A stretch of 64,000 bases of DNA, from assembly GCA_963668645.2 (NCBI GenBank), contig CAXXWC010000018.1, positions 1-64,000 on the forward strand, given 5' to 3'. Below the pieces are notes generated by a model. That model worked only from the letters and a program-made list of their open reading frames with translations. It ran no database searches and was not told where the DNA came from. This document shows positions 8,575-19,223 of the stretch, in pieces. Position 1 is the stretch's first letter; each line of letters starts with the position of its first letter. Source of the stretch: Desulfobacterales bacterium. Its GTDB lineage: Bacteria > Desulfobacterota > Desulfobacteria > Desulfobacterales > UBA2174. A program made the translations under genes and the position numbers.

Positions 8575-11500
8575 CTATCGATCGATGCGCAGGATCAGGT
8601 CACCGCCCTGGGCTTCGGGGCTGGACGAGATTTCCAGATCCAGGTAGCGGTTGATTTTGTACTGGGTGATGAGCTTGCTCACGCCGTCGAAGACCCCTAC
8701 GGCGTAGCGCAGCAGCAGGCTGGGGTGGATGCGTTTGCCGATGGTCAACTGGGGGCCTTCCAGGCCGTCTTCAGTGCCCAGACTGACTTCGTCGAAGCCT
8801 GCGGCCAGGCCGATATCACGGGCGATGTCGTCTCCCTTCTTGATCCCCAGGCCGGCCAGCGCATTGAGGAGCAGATCGGTTTCGCTCTGGCTGGTGCCCT
8901 CGGACAGGCGCCGCCCGGTGAGCAGCAGGCTCAGGGCGTCGCTTTCGGGAAGAGAGGGCTCCGAAAAAACCTGACTGCGGGGCGATTTCAGCGTTCCTTC
9001 GATTTTCAATCCGGCCTGGTAGTCGTCCACGGTGCGCGTGGCGCTGACATCCAGGCCCGGGTCATCCAACGGACCGTTGAAGGACAGGCGGCCCCTTTCG
9101 ATGCTCAGGTTCTGTCCATAGGCGACATAGCGGCCTTTGCGGATGTCCACTTCGCCGAAAGCGGCCATCGGGGTGGCTTCATCGCCGCGAAGGCGGATCT
9201 GGCCGCCGAGATCCGCGGAAAATCCCATGCCTTCCAGGCTGACCCGCTCGTCCAGGACGATTTCAATGTCGGTGCGCAGAGCGTAGGTGCCGGCCGCTTT
9301 TTGCTTCTGGCCGGCCACCACCAGATCGGCCGATTCGCGCACCGAACCCTCCGGCAGGGTCTGGACCCGCACTTCCACCCGCGGCAGGACAATCCGCCCG
9401 CTGATCAGCGCTCCATGCTGATCGGCATTAAGACTCAAGGCGGGGCTGGCATCGACCCAGAGTGCGTCGGTGCGCATCACCGGCATGTTTTCCCCCTCGG
9501 TGGTCAACTGCAGGCTCCAGTCAGGCAGGCGGGCCAAGGTTCCATCACCGGAAAATCGCAACCGGCCGCTGCCGGCACCGGCCAGTTCGCCTGCGACCTT
9601 TAATTTCTGGGCGCTGTCGATATCGACTTGCAGGCGGCCCTGCTTATAGGCCGTACCGGTATCCGGCAGGTTGAAGGAGAGTTCCTGTACGGCGATGTGG
9701 CCGCTGAGGGCCGGCCGGTCCAGGGTGCCGGCCAGAAGGAGGCGGGCGTTGGCGCGGCCGGCAAGGGACGAGAGGTCCGGGACAACGGCGTTCAACCAGG
9801 AGATATCCGCCATCCGGGCGCTGATCTGACCGCTGATCGGTTGCGTACCGTCGAGTTGCGCGGTCATTTCGCCCGCCACCTCGACATCCCCGGAGAGACG
9901 AGCGTTCAGACTGGCGGTCAGCTGCCGGTCCTGCAAGGAGATTGCGAGCCGGGTGGCGCGGTACTGGATCTGCACGGGCGCCTCGGTCAAGGTATGGGCG
10001 ATGATCCGGTCGTCCGGCAGGACCAGCTCCGCCTCGGCGGTAAGCGTTGGCCCGATCCGGGACTCGGCCGCCAGGGTCGCCGTTCCGGGCAAACTCACGC
10101 TCGGTGGCAAGAAGGGCTGCAGCAGGGCCAGGGGCCAGACCGCTTTTAAACCGGCATGAATCGGCTGCTCTGCCGGCTTGGCGATCGATGCGCAGACCCG
10201 CGCCGGGCCCGGATTCGATGCCGCGGTTGCCCTTTCCGGTGACCGATCCGAACCGGGGTGCGGTGCCAGGCAGATCTCTTCCAGCAAGAAATCCGTTTCG
10301 CCGGCCCGGACCGCCGCCGGCCGCACCAGCATCCAATCACCGGCAGGGGTTTCTTTTAGACTCAAAGCGGTCAAGCGGCCCTGCCAGCGGCGGTCCAGCC
10401 AGCGGCGGCCCAGCCAGCCGCCGTGCAGGGCCAGTTCCAGATCGCCGTGATCGGTGCCGGCTTTGAGTGCAAGATCATGGTCGCTGAGGCGCCCGCCTGC
10501 CGTGACGGAAAGAGCGGCCACATGCAGGCCGCCCACCTCCATCCGGTCCAGCCAGAGCGCCAGGTCCAGCCGGTCCGGGCCGGCAGCGGCTTTCAGATCG
10601 ATGCCGGCCGATCGCAGCGCGCCGAATGCCAACCGGTGCCCGGACAATTGCAGCTCCAGTTGCGGGGTGTCCAGGGTGCCGGCCAGGCGCCCGGCGCCTT
10701 GCAGGCGTCCGGCCAGGTTCGGCTCGAACCGCAAGGCCGGCGGCAGACGGGACAGATCCGGCAAATCCAGCCGGTATTGCAGGTCGAAAGGGGGCGTCAT
10801 GGTGCCGCTTGCATAGACGTGATTGGCGCCCAAATGCAGCTCGGCCGGATCGAGGTCGACCTTCGGGCCGTCCACCCGGGCCCGGATCCGTCCGGCGATT
10901 TTCTCGCCCTCCAGCTCGCCGCGCAGATTTTCGACCTCGGCCGTCAGCGAGGCTCGCCCGTCTTGCCACCGTCCCTGGCAGCTTAGGTCTAGGCCCAGAT
11001 GCCCCTGGACAACGGGATGGATATCAAAGTGCTTGAGCCGGCTCAGATCGGCATGGTCCAACGAAAGCCGGGCCTGCCAGTCCATACCCTGCCGGTTCCA
11101 GTGCAAGTTGGCCTTTCCGGCGACCGGGGCGTCGAGGATGTGGCCGGTAAGATCTTGGATGTGCAGGCTTTGAAGATCGCCGGTCGCCCTCAGAGCCACT
11201 TTGGTGAAGGGAACGGCGGCCACAATCCCGCCAAGATCCGCTATCTCGATTTCATGGTTCAGGCCTCTGCCGGAAAGCAGTTGCCCCCGGCTGGTCATCC
11301 GGAATTCCACCTGCCCGGCCGCCGCGGCGGCAAAATGACCGGGATTGAGCTGGGACCCGGCCAGGGCGGCCTGCCAGCGCAGACCCTCTTGCCACTCGAT
11401 CTCGCCTTGGGCGGCAAGCCGGCCGTCCAGCAGGCTGGCGGTCAGTTCCTGGATTTTGGCCCGGTGTAAATCCCCGCTTGCGTGCAGTTGCAGATCTTTG

Positions 11501-12546
11501 AGGGCCAGGCCGGCGATTTCGGCCCTGCCGCGGGTCAGGCGGCTGTCGTGGGTCAGGGCGCCTTGGGGTGTGATGCGGCCGGTGCTTTCAACCCTAAAAT
11601 CGACCGGGCCGGTGGCTGGTTCAAACCAGGGCCCAGGGTGCAGCCTCTTTCCGTCAAGTGTCGCCTGCCAGGCAAATCCTTCATGCCAGTCCACCTCACC
11701 GGCGATGGAAGCGCTGCCGCCCAGGAGTTCGACGGTCAGGGTCTGGATCCGGGCAGCGCTCGGGCTGGTTTCGACGGTTAGGCGGGCCGTGGCGTCCGGG
11801 GTTGATTTACCCTGCCAGCCGAGGCGCCCGCCCGTCAGCAGCCTGTCAAGCGTTCCCTTGCTGGTTAAAGACCAGTCCAGGCGCCCCTGTTCCGTTTTAA
11901 GATCGCCTGCCAGGCGCAGCTTCACCCGATGAGGCGCCGAGGCCTCGAGGCTGGCGTTGGCTCGCAGATGGAGGGGCGCCGGTGCATCCAGGGCCAGGAT
12001 CAGATGGGGTATCATGATGCCTGAGCGATTAACGCGCAGGGCCGTATCCAGGGCAGCCACTCGGATGACGCCGGCCGCCGGTGCGGTTTTCAGCCTGAGA
12101 TCCTTGATGCTCAGGGCGTCAACCTGCAGCGCCAGGGGCAGATCCGGCGTCAGCGATTCGAAATCCGGTGCCGGAGCGGCTGCCTCAGCGGCTTCGCTTT
12201 GGGGCAATTGCAGGCGCACACCGGCCGCTTCGGCCCGGGTCAGGTGGAGCCGCAGGGCCAGAAGAGCCGGCCAGGAAAGGGCCAGGTGGACCCGGTCTGC
12301 ATCGAGCTGCAAACCGGACCCGTCCCCATAGTGGATCTGTTCCAGGGTGACGCCCTGCCACAAGGTGCCGCGGATCTGCCCTGCCGTGATATGGGGCACG
12401 GCGGCAAGCAGCGTTGCCAGGGTGCGGCGGGTGCCGTCAGGCGTGCCGAGCACCACCCCCAGCAGGAGCGCCAGGGCAGCCAAGAGCGCTGCGCTCGGCA
12501 GGAGAAACCAGACCAGGATTTGTTGGCGGCGGCGGGGTCCGGTCAT
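8575..12546 (-). CDS. tamB: Translocation and assembly module inner-membrane protein TamB
   Basis: 1323 aa; N-terminal TM anchor, beta-rich repeats and DUF490-like C-terminus (YGQNLSIERGRLSFNGPLDDPGLDV); adjacent to tamA. Confidence 0.88.
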   Translation of the reverse strand: MTGPRRRQQILVWFLLPSAALLAALALLLGVVLGTPDGTRRTLATLLAAVPHITAGQIRGTLWQGVTLEQIHYGDGSGLQLDADRVHLALSWPALLALRLHLTRAEAAGVRLQLPQSEAAEAAAPAPDFESLTPDLPLALQVDALSIKDLRLKTAPAAGVIRVAALDTALRVNRSGIMIPHLILALDAPAPLHLRANASLEASAPHRVKLRLAGDLKTEQGRLDWSLTSKGTLDRLLTGGRLGWQGKSTPDATARLTVETSPSAARIQTLTVELLGGSASIAGEVDWHEGFAWQATLDGKRLHPGPWFEPATGPVDFRVESTGRITPQGALTHDSRLTRGRAEIAGLALKDLQLHASGDLHRAKIQELTASLLDGRLAAQGEIEWQEGLRWQAALAGSQLNPGHFAAAAAGQVEFRMTSRGQLLSGRGLNHEIEIADLGGIVAAVPFTKVALRATGDLQSLHIQDLTGHILDAPVAGKANLHWNRQGMDWQARLSLDHADLSRLKHFDIHPVVQGHLGLDLSCQGRWQDGRASLTAEVENLRGELEGEKIAGRIRARVDGPKVDLDPAELHLGANHVYASGTMTPPFDLQYRLDLPDLSRLPPALRFEPNLAGRLQGAGRLAGTLDTPQLELQLSGHRLAFGALRSAGIDLKAAAGPDRLDLALWLDRMEVGGLHVAALSVTAGGRLSDHDLALKAGTDHGDLELALHGGWLGRRWLDRRWQGRLTALSLKETPAGDWMLVRPAAVRAGETDFLLEEICLAPHPGSDRSPERATAASNPGPARVCASIAKPAEQPIHAGLKAVWPLALLQPFLPPSVSLPGTATLAAESRIGPTLTAEAELVLPDDRIIAHTLTEAPVQIQYRATRLAISLQDRQLTASLNARLSGDVEVAGEMTAQLDGTQPISGQISARMADISWLNAVVPDLSSLAGRANARLLLAGTLDRPALSGHIAVQELSFNLPDTGTAYKQGRLQVDIDSAQKLKVAGELAGAGSGRLRFSGDGTLARLPDWSLQLTTEGENMPVMRTDALWVDASPALSLNADQHGALISGRIVLPRVEVRVQTLPEGSVRESADLVVAGQKQKAAGTYALRTDIEIVLDERVSLEGMGFSADLGGQIRLRGDEATPMAAFGEVDIRKGRYVAYGQNLSIERGRLSFNGPLDDPGLDVSATRTVDDYQAGLKIEGTLKSPRSQVFSEPSLPESDALSLLLTGRRLSEGTSQSETDLLLNALAGLGIKKGDDIARDIGLAAGFDEVSLGTEDGLEGPQLTIGKRIHPSLLLRYAVGVFDGVSKLITQYKINRYLDLEISSSPEAQGGDLILRIDR

Positions 12547-14324
12547 CAGAAGTCGGCTCCGATACCGATATGCAAGCGGACCGAAGAAGAAGCGGCGTCC
12601 AGGGGATGGGCCAGGTCCAGACGCACCATCCCGATAGGCGAGCGCCAGCGCAGCCCCACACCGAGTCCGGTGCTCAGGTCGATTTCGCCTCGGTGGTCGA
12701 AGGCATCGCCACAGTCCACGAACAGGGCGCCGAACCAGTCTTCCCCGTAGACCGGGTGCATGACTTCGGCGCTGGCGGTTAACAGGTAGCGGCCGCCGAT
12801 GACCTGGCCCTGGTCGTTTTTCGGCCCCAGGCTTTCAAAGCCGTACCCGCGCACCGAATTGTCGCCGCCGGCGAAAAACCGCAAGGATTTGGGCACGGCC
12901 TCGAACCGGTGGGCATCGGTGCCTCCCAGTTCGGCACGGCCCTGAAAGATGAAGCGCCGCCAGGGGCGTGAGGCCATCATGCGAACCTTGCCCTGGATAA
13001 GAGACGTGGCGCTGAGCAGCGGTTCGGCCGCACCCTGGAGGATCAGGTCCAGGGAATGCCCCCGCACAGGAAAGAGTGGATCATCCAGATGGCGCCGCCC
13101 AAGCTTGATGCCGGCAAGAAGAAAGTCGTCGCCCCGGGCCGGTTCGTTACCGTAGCGGGTGCGCTCGTAGAGGTATTCGGTAAAGAGTGAGCGGGTCCAG
13201 GCGGACCGCCGTCTTGTCCATTGGGCACCCAGGGTGCCGGCCTGGGTGACGATATCGTTGTTGTCCTCGCGCCTGGCCCGGGCGTAAAAATCCAGGCTCT
13301 CGGTCAGGGGCCGGCGCAGGGGGATCGAATAGACGCTTTCCAGGGTTTGCTCGCGCTGGGCCAGACCGATGGCGGCGTTCCACTTGTGGCCGCTTCGATT
13401 CACCCAGCGGCGTTGGATTTCGGCCCGGGTCCGCGGCCCGGTGTCGGTGCCGTACCCGACGCGAAAATTATAGCCGGTGCGCCGGCGCGGGGTGAGCAGC
13501 ACGTTGACCGGTACGCGGCCGTTTTCGCGCCCCTCGATATCCGGTCTGACGCGCACGTCGGCAAAGTAGCCGCTGGCACTCAGGGCGCCGCCGATCTCGG
13601 CCAGCCGGTCGCTGGAATAGGGATCTTCCTTCTTGGCGGGCAGCAGCCGGTCGAAAAAGGAGGGGTCCAGGATATCCTGCTCGGCGTGAAGGGGGCCCAA
13701 ACGGTACTGGGTCCCGGACTCGAGGGTCAGCGTGATGCGGGCCTTTTGGGCCTTTGGATCCACCCATAGCCGGCGCCGGGTATAGCGTGCATCGAGGTAG
13801 CCCCGGGCCAGCGCGCGGCTGATCAAACCGTCGCGGATCTTGTCATAGGCCCCCTGGTTGAGCGGATCGCCGATTTTGAGGGGCAAGGCCTGCAAGAAGC
13901 GGCCGGCTGCGGCGTCCTCCCGGAAAGGACCCTGGATCTGGATATCCAGCCCGTCGATCACCACCAGCGGCCCGGGGGCGATGGTCAAAACGGGTTGGGG
14001 ACAGTCGCCGTCCGTTTGAATGCGCTCCGCGATGACCGGATCAAAATGGCCCAGGGCTCGCAGGGCCGTGGCTGCCTTTTCCCGGGCCCGACGCAGATAG
14101 GCCTGCATGCTGATCCGTGGGGCGTCGCAGGCAAAGCGGATCTGCGGCACCATGGCCTGCACGTTGGCCAGCAAGGCCGGATGATCCTTCAATCCCTCGA
14201 TGATCAGCCTCGGTGCCCGCCCGGGCTCATTTTCCAGGGAAGATGCCGGGGCGGCCCCGGGACCGATCCAAAGGGCGATGAAAAACAAGGCCAGGCCGGC
14301 CCGGACCGTTATGGACACTGTCAC
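12546..14324 (-). CDS. tamA: Omp85-family outer-membrane protein TamA
   Basis: Signal peptide, POTRA domains, GYGTDTGPR, RFFAGGDNSVRGY, RWRSPIGMVRLD and terminal Phe. Confidence 0.92.
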   Translation of the reverse strand: MTVSITVRAGLALFFIALWIGPGAAPASSLENEPGRAPRLIIEGLKDHPALLANVQAMVPQIRFACDAPRISMQAYLRRAREKAATALRALGHFDPVIAERIQTDGDCPQPVLTIAPGPLVVIDGLDIQIQGPFREDAAAGRFLQALPLKIGDPLNQGAYDKIRDGLISRALARGYLDARYTRRRLWVDPKAQKARITLTLESGTQYRLGPLHAEQDILDPSFFDRLLPAKKEDPYSSDRLAEIGGALSASGYFADVRVRPDIEGRENGRVPVNVLLTPRRRTGYNFRVGYGTDTGPRTRAEIQRRWVNRSGHKWNAAIGLAQREQTLESVYSIPLRRPLTESLDFYARARREDNNDIVTQAGTLGAQWTRRRSAWTRSLFTEYLYERTRYGNEPARGDDFLLAGIKLGRRHLDDPLFPVRGHSLDLILQGAAEPLLSATSLIQGKVRMMASRPWRRFIFQGRAELGGTDAHRFEAVPKSLRFFAGGDNSVRGYGFESLGPKNDQGQVIGGRYLLTASAEVMHPVYGEDWFGALFVDCGDAFDHRGEIDLSTGLGVGLRWRSPIGMVRLDLAHPLDAASSSVRLHIGIGADF

Positions 14325-14375
14325 TTCGTTTGCCTCTGTGCGATCTTGCCCGCAGCTGTGCAGCCGGTGGACGCT

Positions 14376-15431
14376 TCAAATATCCTCATACAGGGCTCGG
14401 CGATGCACCGGCATGCCGGCCACCATTGCGGCTGCTTTTTGCGGAGCCACGGCAATCCTTTGCCCATCCGGTTTTTGGATGATGACACCCGATCCGGCCA
14501 GCATTTCATAACGTTTTTGACGCTCTGTTCTGTCCGGGCAGCAGACCAATTGGCAGTTTGCGCAGGAAACCCGCAGCTTTTCGTCCATAAAGAAAAAATA
14601 GCGGCCGCCCTCGGAATCCGGCCACCGATCGTGGGCCCGTTTCATGCGCCGGTGGGCTGCCGCCAATTGGCTGTCGCTGCGGGGAACGGCAAAACGCCCC
14701 GGAGACCAGGTGGACCATTTGCCCGATGGGTGCAGCCCGGTATAGCCGCTGCAGACCAGATCACAGCGCCCGTAGTGGCGGCGTTTGGCGTAATTGAATT
14801 CGAAACCGCCCAGTGCAACGGTTGCCTTTTGGCGCCGGTTCATAAAGCCGGCCACGCACGATGCCATGCACAGACCGCAATTGTCGCAATAATTTTCTTC
14901 CACCGGCAGCGGCAGCGTCGGCACGAGCGCGGCTGAGGTGACGGTGGCGGCCAAAATCACCGCAGCCCCATGGTCCTGTGTGATCAGGTTGCCGGATAAA
15001 CCCAGATGCCCGACGCCGGCCCTGACCGCCAGGTACCGGTGGGCGATATCCGGTTGGTAGGCGTCCGCTATGTAGCCGGCCGGGGCGCCGGCGTCCGGCG
15101 CCCTGAAGACGTTGTTGGCGGCCACTGCAACGGATGGGAATCCCCTTTGTCTCAGATAGTTGGCCAGGTGCAGGGCGATGCCGCTGGCCAGGGTGTTGGC
15201 CCGGATGAAGGCCTTTTCCAACCCGATCCGGTCCTTTTTGGTCAAATAGGGCACGATCGGTTGCGCCTCGATGGCAACGGCAAAGCTCACCGCCGATTTC
15301 GCCTCTGGCAGTACATAGGTCAAATCGGCCGACGGCGGTCCGCCGCCAAGGCTATCCAGCGTTGCGATTCCAGCTCGGCAGGCCCCTTCGATTAAAACGA
15401 ACTCCTGGACGATGCGGCTCAATTTTTCCAC
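14376..15431 (-). CDS. Epoxyqueuosine reductase / reductive dehalogenase-like 4Fe-4S protein
   Basis: LPEAKSAVSFA, HRYLAVRAGVGHLGLSGNLIT, CDNCGLCMASC and CDLVC...CANCQLVC. Confidence 0.65.
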   Translation of the reverse strand: MEKLSRIVQEFVLIEGACRAGIATLDSLGGGPPSADLTYVLPEAKSAVSFAVAIEAQPIVPYLTKKDRIGLEKAFIRANTLASGIALHLANYLRQRGFPSVAVAANNVFRAPDAGAPAGYIADAYQPDIAHRYLAVRAGVGHLGLSGNLITQDHGAAVILAATVTSAALVPTLPLPVEENYCDNCGLCMASCVAGFMNRRQKATVALGGFEFNYAKRRHYGRCDLVCSGYTGLHPSGKWSTWSPGRFAVPRSDSQLAAAHRRMKRAHDRWPDSEGGRYFFFMDEKLRVSCANCQLVCCPDRTERQKRYEMLAGSGVIIQKPDGQRIAVAPQKAAAMVAGMPVHRRALYEDI

Positions 15432-15641
15432 AATTTCAGCCCCCTCTCTCTCGCAGTCGGCGGCATCCTAGTGGCACCCCGGTCGCCGGTGGATCCATTT
15501 TAACAGAACGGCCCTTGCGGGCAAGTGGGCACGGATTTTGGTTATGGCCGGGCAAGGGACAGGCTGCCCGTAGATGGGGTGTGAAAGGGAAAATGGGCGG
15601 ATTTCAATCGAGGCGTCCAGCAAGCCTCTGGGCGCGCCGGG

Positions 15642-15690
15642 GGGCCTGCTTCGATCGGCGGGACGGATGCCCGGCGATCGAAACAGGCCC
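15642..15690 (-). terminator. GC-rich stem-loop just downstream of proX (terminator or stabilising hairpin)
   Basis: GGGCCTGCTTCGATCG ... CGATCGAAACAGGCCC inverted repeat. Confidence 0.45.
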
Positions 15691-15703
15691 GGCAGCAAAA
15701 GCG

Positions 15704-16738
15704 CTACTGGATGGCGGCCTTGACCTTGGCGGCCACTTCGGCCGGAACCCATTGGGTCCACAGGGATTCATGCTGCTTCAGGAACCACTTGGCGGCATCT
15801 TCGGTGCTGGCCTTGTTGTCCTGCATATAGGCCAGAAACTTGTTGTTGATGTCCAGCGTGGTTTCGTATTTTTTCAGGAACGCCACCACCTCCGGGGCCT
15901 GCTGGGGCAGTTTCTTGTAGACCAGGATGTCGCACTTGACCGCCGGGTAGGAACAGGCCTTGGTCGAATCCCAGATCTGCTGGTCGAAGGGCGGCTCTTC
16001 GAGCTGATACATGTCGAGTTTGCCCAGCACCCAGGTGGGGGCCCAGTAGTAGCCAAGCCACGGCTTGCCGCGCTTGTAGGCCGTTTCCATGGACGCGGCC
16101 AGGGCCGGGCCGGAACCGGGCTGCATGATGTTGTACTTGTCCTTGATGCCGTAAGCGTCGAATTTCTGTTCGTTGACCAGTGCGCAGGACCAGCCGGGGA
16201 TGCAGCTATAAAAGATGCCTTTGGACGGGTCCTCGGGGTCCTTGAACAGTTTCCAGTATTTGGGCAGGTCGAAAACCGACTTCAGGTCGGGCGCCGTCGC
16301 TTTGATCCCCCGGGCCGCGTCCCCCTCGACCACATAGCGCGGCACGTACCATCCCTGAACGCTGTTGGGGAAGTTGGACCCAAGGTTGATGAAACCTTCA
16401 TCCGTGCGCGGATCCTGGCCCTTGGCCAGCCCCTCGTCATAGAGTTCCTGCCAGTTTTCGGTCCAGCTTTCCATGTTGACGTTGGGCGCCTCGCCGCCCT
16501 TGGCCTGGATCATGGCCGTGTTGAGCATGATGGTTTCACCCTGGACGAATTTGATCGGGAAGCCCAACCCCTTTTCAACGATAATGCCTGCGATCCGGTT
16601 GTGGACCTGGGCGCTGTCCCAGCCGAAGTCGGCAAAGATGATGGTGGTTTTGGCGGCGGCCGGCGTGGCACTTAAGACCAGCGCCAGGGCGAGGAGCATG
16701 GCGGCCGCTGTCAGCGGCAGTTTTTGGGTTCTGAACAT
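15704..16738 (-). CDS. proX: Glycine betaine/proline ABC transporter substrate-binding protein
   Basis: Signal peptide, FADFGWDS, ESWTENW, GWYVPRY, CIPGWSC and YYWAPTW. Confidence 0.88.
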   Translation of the reverse strand: MFRTQKLPLTAAAMLLALALVLSATPAAAKTTIIFADFGWDSAQVHNRIAGIIVEKGLGFPIKFVQGETIMLNTAMIQAKGGEAPNVNMESWTENWQELYDEGLAKGQDPRTDEGFINLGSNFPNSVQGWYVPRYVVEGDAARGIKATAPDLKSVFDLPKYWKLFKDPEDPSKGIFYSCIPGWSCALVNEQKFDAYGIKDKYNIMQPGSGPALAASMETAYKRGKPWLGYYWAPTWVLGKLDMYQLEEPPFDQQIWDSTKACSYPAVKCDILVYKKLPQQAPEVVAFLKKYETTLDINNKFLAYMQDNKASTEDAAKWFLKQHESLWTQWVPAEVAAKVKAAIQ

Positions 16739-16792
16739 GGGGATGGCCTCCTTTGTTTGATGTTGAACGGAAACGATTGCCGTTGAAAGCTT

Positions 16793-17641
16793 TCAAGCGT
16801 TTTTCCGGCTGGCCATGGCATAGGTGATGCGGTCGATGATGATGGCCATGAAAACGATGCACAGACCAGCCTCGAAGCCGCGGCCGACTTCGATGCGGTT
16901 GATGGCCAGGAGTACCTCGAGGCCGAGCCCCTTGGCACCGATCATCGAGGCGACCACCACCATGGCCAGGGCCATCATGGTGGTCTGGTTGATGCCCACC
17001 ATGATGGTGGGCCGGGCCAGCGGCAGCTGCACCTTGAACAGGATCTGCCAGTAGCTGGAACCGAAGGCGTGGGCCGCCTCGATGACGCTGGTCGAGACCT
17101 CGCGGATGCCGACGTTGGTCAATCGAATCACCGGCGGCACGGCGTAAATGATGGTGGCGAACAGGGCCGGCACCTTGCCCAGACCGAAGAGCATCAGGGC
17201 CGGGATGAGGTAGACGAAGCTGGGCATGGTCTGCATCCCGTCGAGAATCGGCTTGAGCACCGCCTCGAAACGGTCGCTGCTCGCCATGGCGATGCCCATC
17301 GGGATCCCGATCGCCAGGGAGATGATCACCGAGGCCACCACCAGAGAAAGGGTCATCATGCCGAGCTTCCAAAGGCCCAGTGCGCCGATGAAAAAGAGCA
17401 TGGCGCCCATCAGCAGCCCGGACCACCAGCGGCCCATGACCCGCCAGGAAAGCAGCGCCACACCCAAAACCAGCACGGGCCAGGGTGTCCAAAGGAAGAA
17501 TTTTTCGATGTAGATCATAAATTGGAGAATAACGCCGCCCAGCATGTCAAAGAAACCGCTGAACGTGGTCAAGACCCAGTCCATGGCCTGGTCTACCCAG
17601 ACGTCCAGCGGGATGTCGATGCTCTTGGGAAATTCCATCAT
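16793..17641 (-). CDS. proW: Glycine betaine/proline ABC transporter permease
   Basis: LDGMQTMPSFVYLIP, EAAHAFG and GINQTTMMALAMVV; GAGGT RBS before MMEFPK. Confidence 0.9.
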   Translation of the reverse strand: MMEFPKSIDIPLDVWVDQAMDWVLTTFSGFFDMLGGVILQFMIYIEKFFLWTPWPVLVLGVALLSWRVMGRWWSGLLMGAMLFFIGALGLWKLGMMTLSLVVASVIISLAIGIPMGIAMASSDRFEAVLKPILDGMQTMPSFVYLIPALMLFGLGKVPALFATIIYAVPPVIRLTNVGIREVSTSVIEAAHAFGSSYWQILFKVQLPLARPTIMVGINQTTMMALAMVVVASMIGAKGLGLEVLLAINRIEVGRGFEAGLCIVFMAIIIDRITYAMASRKNA

Positions 17642-17646
17642 AATGA

Positions 17647-18893
17647 TTACCTCGTTGAAATCCGATCTTTCAGGTTCAGGCCTGCCTGCGTTGCCTGGGC
17701 CATCGTCCGGGTTGGTTTCCGCCAGCTTGGAAAGCAGTGAACCGGCAACGATAACCCCCAGCAGGTGGTCTTCGGCGTTGACTACCGCCACCGGGTAGTT
17801 GTTTGCGCCGCCCAGCATCGCGAAAAGGTCGGCGGCCGGAGTGCCGGGCATCATTTTGTGGATGTCGCGGTCGATGATCTGCGCCAGCGATTGTTTCTCC
17901 CCGGTCGACAGCCTTGCGGCAAGCGTGGGCCGTGACGATGCCCACCACCCGGACGTGTTCGCGCACGAAGATCGAAGGGATGCCGGCTTTTCCCATTTTT
18001 CGCAGGGCCGCTCTGGGCCCGTCGGTGCCCAGGGCGGCGACCGTTTCGCTATTTTTCATGACGGTTTCGGCGGTGATCACCCGCGTCATGTCCACATCTT
18101 CAACGAATCTGGCCACGTAGTCGTCGGCCGGGTTGGTGAGAATCTCCTCGGCCGTACCCTGTTGGACGATGACCCCGTCGCGCATCAGGACGATGCGGTC
18201 GCCCAGCTTGATGGCCTCGTCCAGGTCGTGGCTGATGAAGATGATGGTTTTCTGGACCTTTTCCTGCAGATCGATCAGCTCGTCTTGCATGTCGCGGCGC
18301 ATCAGCGGGTCGAGGGCCGAAAAGGCCTCGTCCATCAACAGGATGTCCGCGTCCAGGGCCAGCGCCCGGGCCAGGCCGACGCGCTGTTGCATCCCGCCCG
18401 AGAGCTGGTCGGGCATCGAGTCTTCCCAGCCTTTGAGTCCGACCTGTTCGATGGCTTGCATGGCGCGCTCACGCCGCACAGAGGAAGTGACCCCTTTGAC
18501 TTCCAGACCGTATTCGACGTTGTGCACCACCGTGCGGTGCGGCAGGAGCGCGAAATTCTGAAACACCATGCCGAAATTTCGTTGCCGGAACTGGCGCAGG
18601 GCCCGTTTGTCCAGGGCGGTGACGTCTTCGCCGCTGACCAGGATCCGGCCGGCGGTCGGTTCGATGAGACGGTTGATGCAGCGGATCAGGGTCGACTTGC
18701 CGCTGCCTGAAAGGCCCATGATGACGAGAATCTCACCCTGGGCCACCTCGAAACTGGCATTAGCCACCCCGACACCGTTGCGGGTTTTTTCCATTATCTG
18801 GTCCTTTAAAAGGCCGTCGTGGAGCATGGCCAGGGCCTTCTGGGGGTCGGGGCCGAAGATTTTGTAGAGTTCTTTAACGACGATTTTTTCCAT
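17647..18893 (-). CDS. proV: Glycine betaine/proline ABC transporter ATPase with CBS domains, two apparent +1 frameshifts near the 3' end
   Basis: GLSGSGKS, LSGGMQQR, MDEAFSALD and SHDLDEA. The second CBS domain (YPVAVVNAEDHLLGVI) lies in another frame after about 17895. Removing a second base near 17709 gives a TAA at 17647, just before proW. Confidence 0.88.
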
Positions 18894-19151
18894 GGTTGGC
18901 ATCCGTGGGGGGGATCCGGCGGGAGCGGTGTTTTAACGGCCATATATCGTAACAGCTCAAACGATCGGAATCCGGCAGGTGCAATTTGCGTGGTGCGATC
19001 TCTATCATACGCTTCCACGCGGAATGATTTGATGGCCGCTTTAATTGCGCCGTTTTGGAACTTGGAACACGCAACATAAAATATATATACCTAAATTACC
19101 TTATGATATTAAGATGTCGTAAGATTAAAGCATACCACATATGAGTCGCGC

Positions 19152-19174
19152 TTGAAATGTAAAATTCATTTCAA
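19152..19174. promoter_or_regulatory. Palindrome in the AT-rich region upstream of proV; candidate operator or activator site
   Basis: TTGAAATG-N7-CATTTCAA, a perfect inverted repeat. Confidence 0.4.
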
Positions 19175-19223
19175 AGCGAATTATTTGTGTTGAAAATTGT
19201 AGATTCTATTAAATTTTGTACAC

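Noticed and set aside
16793..17854. Apparent CBS-ProW or ProV-ProW fusion
   Set aside because: The N-terminal part is the displaced ProV C-terminus. One more base deletion gives a ProV stop at 17647, and proW has its own RBS.
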